Source: Chara braunii
Lineage: Eukaryota > Plantae > Charophyceae
Length of the DNA stretch: 64,000 nt
Reading direction: 5' to 3'
Assembly (NCBI GenBank): GCA_003427395.1
Contig: BFEA01000025.1
Location: 4,467,668-4,531,667 of the forward strand
Shown here in pieces: positions 62,373 to 64,000 of the stretch. The first letter of the stretch is position 1. Every line of letters begins with the position of its first letter. A program made the position numbers and the translations under genes. The notes under the pieces are model-generated. The model was not told where the DNA came from, made no database searches, and saw only the letters and a list, made by a program, of their open reading frames with translations.

Positions 62373-64000
62373 TTTTTTTTTTTTTTTTTTTTTTAAATCA
62401 AAACAGGTCCTTATGGTCCTGGCTCCATTTCCATTCTGGGGAGCGTCAGCCCGGTTCCTTTCCACCGGTAGTCAAATATTGAAATACATGGTGAACACTT
62501 TCACGCGTCCCCCCGTCTGGCCGAAGGAACCCTGAACAGCATTGATTGTTCCTTTTTTGGAGGATTGACTGTCAGCTTGCCCTACCCTGGTTTTCCTCTC
62601 AGACCTCCTTCTGAGTCTGTCAAATATGACTCAAAGAAACGAGAAACTGGGAGAGGTGTCTATCCTCCTGAGACTACAGTCTCAATTTTGTTGTCGTCAC
62701 CCCCCTCCTTTGCATCGACCTTCTGTTCCCACCATCTTGAGCAGCAGGATCCATGTTTCTTTCCTTGTCAGCTCTGAACCCTCGATTGCCTTGGAGCACC
62801 TCCTTTTCCCGATGACTGGCAGGGCCAGCATCCTGAGCATGTGTAGAACCGGCTGCCATATTTGAATATTGAGGAACGATAACCCTTCGGGACCGTCTGT
62901 CTGAGACTCTCACTCCTTTCGTGTGTTGTTCCCCATGTGGAAACCTTCCCATCCTCTCTCTGTCATTCTGTCGCATGTAGGGTGACTGCTGAAGACCTAC
63001 CCAGCACGCTAATGGAAACTGCCTTACGCCCGTATTGGAGTTGGTACTTCGTGTTCTTGGGTATTCTGCTGGACTGAGGGCTTGTCGGAACTGTGGCATT
63101 CCGTCCATCTTAAGACCAGCCCGTTCAGCCACACCACCTTTTCTCCTACCAACCAGACTTGTTTGACTTTAGACAGTATCGTTTGTTCTTGATCTGGGTG
63201 GTTCTGAACACATAGTTTGACCTTCCTCCACTGGCCGCGAATCTCCGCTTTTCTTCTCTCGTGGGTCCGTCGTGCCTTCCAAAGTTCTTCTGCATTTTTA
63301 TTTCCATATGGCCCACAATGTGACTTTGTGTAACATCCCAAACCAGCTTCCTTCTGGTTTGCCAAAGTTAGATGGTAGATTAGTCCAGAGGAGGAGTTCA
63401 AGGGGGTGCTCAGGGAGGGAAGAAGAAAAGAGAGTGTCCCATAGGGCTGCCGCCCGCGCCCAGTATTATTTAGCTTCTTTACATTTAATCAAGCAGTGTA
63501 TTAGGTCTTCCTGTTCTTGATCAGAGCAGACTACACAAATGTCAGAGCTGGTTGGATCATTCTTCCTTCTCCTAACATGCAGCCATTGGTTAACCGGTAG
63601 AGCAGTGTATGTGATGAGCCACTGCATGCTTCAGATTTTTATGGGTCTTATCGTCATATATTTTTTCCACGGGATTTTTGCTATCTGGTCTGCGACAGGT
63701 CCAATTAGTTTATTCCACCTTCCTTTGATCACTGGGTGTTACATGCTGAAAGCCTACACACGGGCCCCTCACGGGACCCGAGGTTGGAATAGGGCCCCCA
63801 GGTCGCGTCACCGCAACCTGAAGGCCCTATGGCATTTTTACTTGGGCCTGCATCAGAAAAACGCCAGCTTTAGATTATTTTTATAGTCTTTATTTTATTT
63901 ATTTNCTGCTGTTTTTCTAACGGGTGTACTGTTGTCCGTTTTGTGGCCAGGTACACGCTTCTAGGGCCAGGGCCAGATTCAGGCCCAGAGGCTGAGCTCC
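62373..64000 (-). mobile_element. 3' end of a third L1-like LINE
   Basis: Poly-T at ~62373-62395; minus-strand translation MQWLITYTALPVNQWL..CVVCSDQEQEDLIHCLIKC, homologous to 49469-49669. Confidence 0.85.

Overview
Repeat-dense eukaryotic nuclear DNA. The TE families, microsatellites and intron style resemble a streptophyte alga such as Chara (inference only). From left to right: a decayed chromodomain-bearing Ty3/Gypsy pol with PPT and LTR-like segment (1-~5150); a decayed L1-like LINE (+, ~5150-12556); a 21.7-kb LTR-type element (13740-35426); SINE, U6 and hammerhead-like debris; a probable 4-exon host gene (43157-61544, +) whose 14-kb first intron holds a second L1-like LINE (-); and the 3' end of a third LINE. 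The main candidate novel system is the 21.7-kb element. It has an exact 25-bp flanking duplication instead of 4-6 bp. Its termini are circularly permuted (A-PBS...B-TA-A-B), which is explained to the nucleotide if a circularised cDNA was opened at an internal palindrome CGTCACA-TA-TGTGACG. It also has an iMet-tRNA PBS, a mini-gag-like ORF and an array of hairpins with co-varying stems and a constant loop, all on +, while pro-RT-RH-IN lie on -. Its LTR carries an ORF under apparent purifying selection, and it contains a U6 snRNA-like sequence. Assembly artefact cannot be excluded without long reads.
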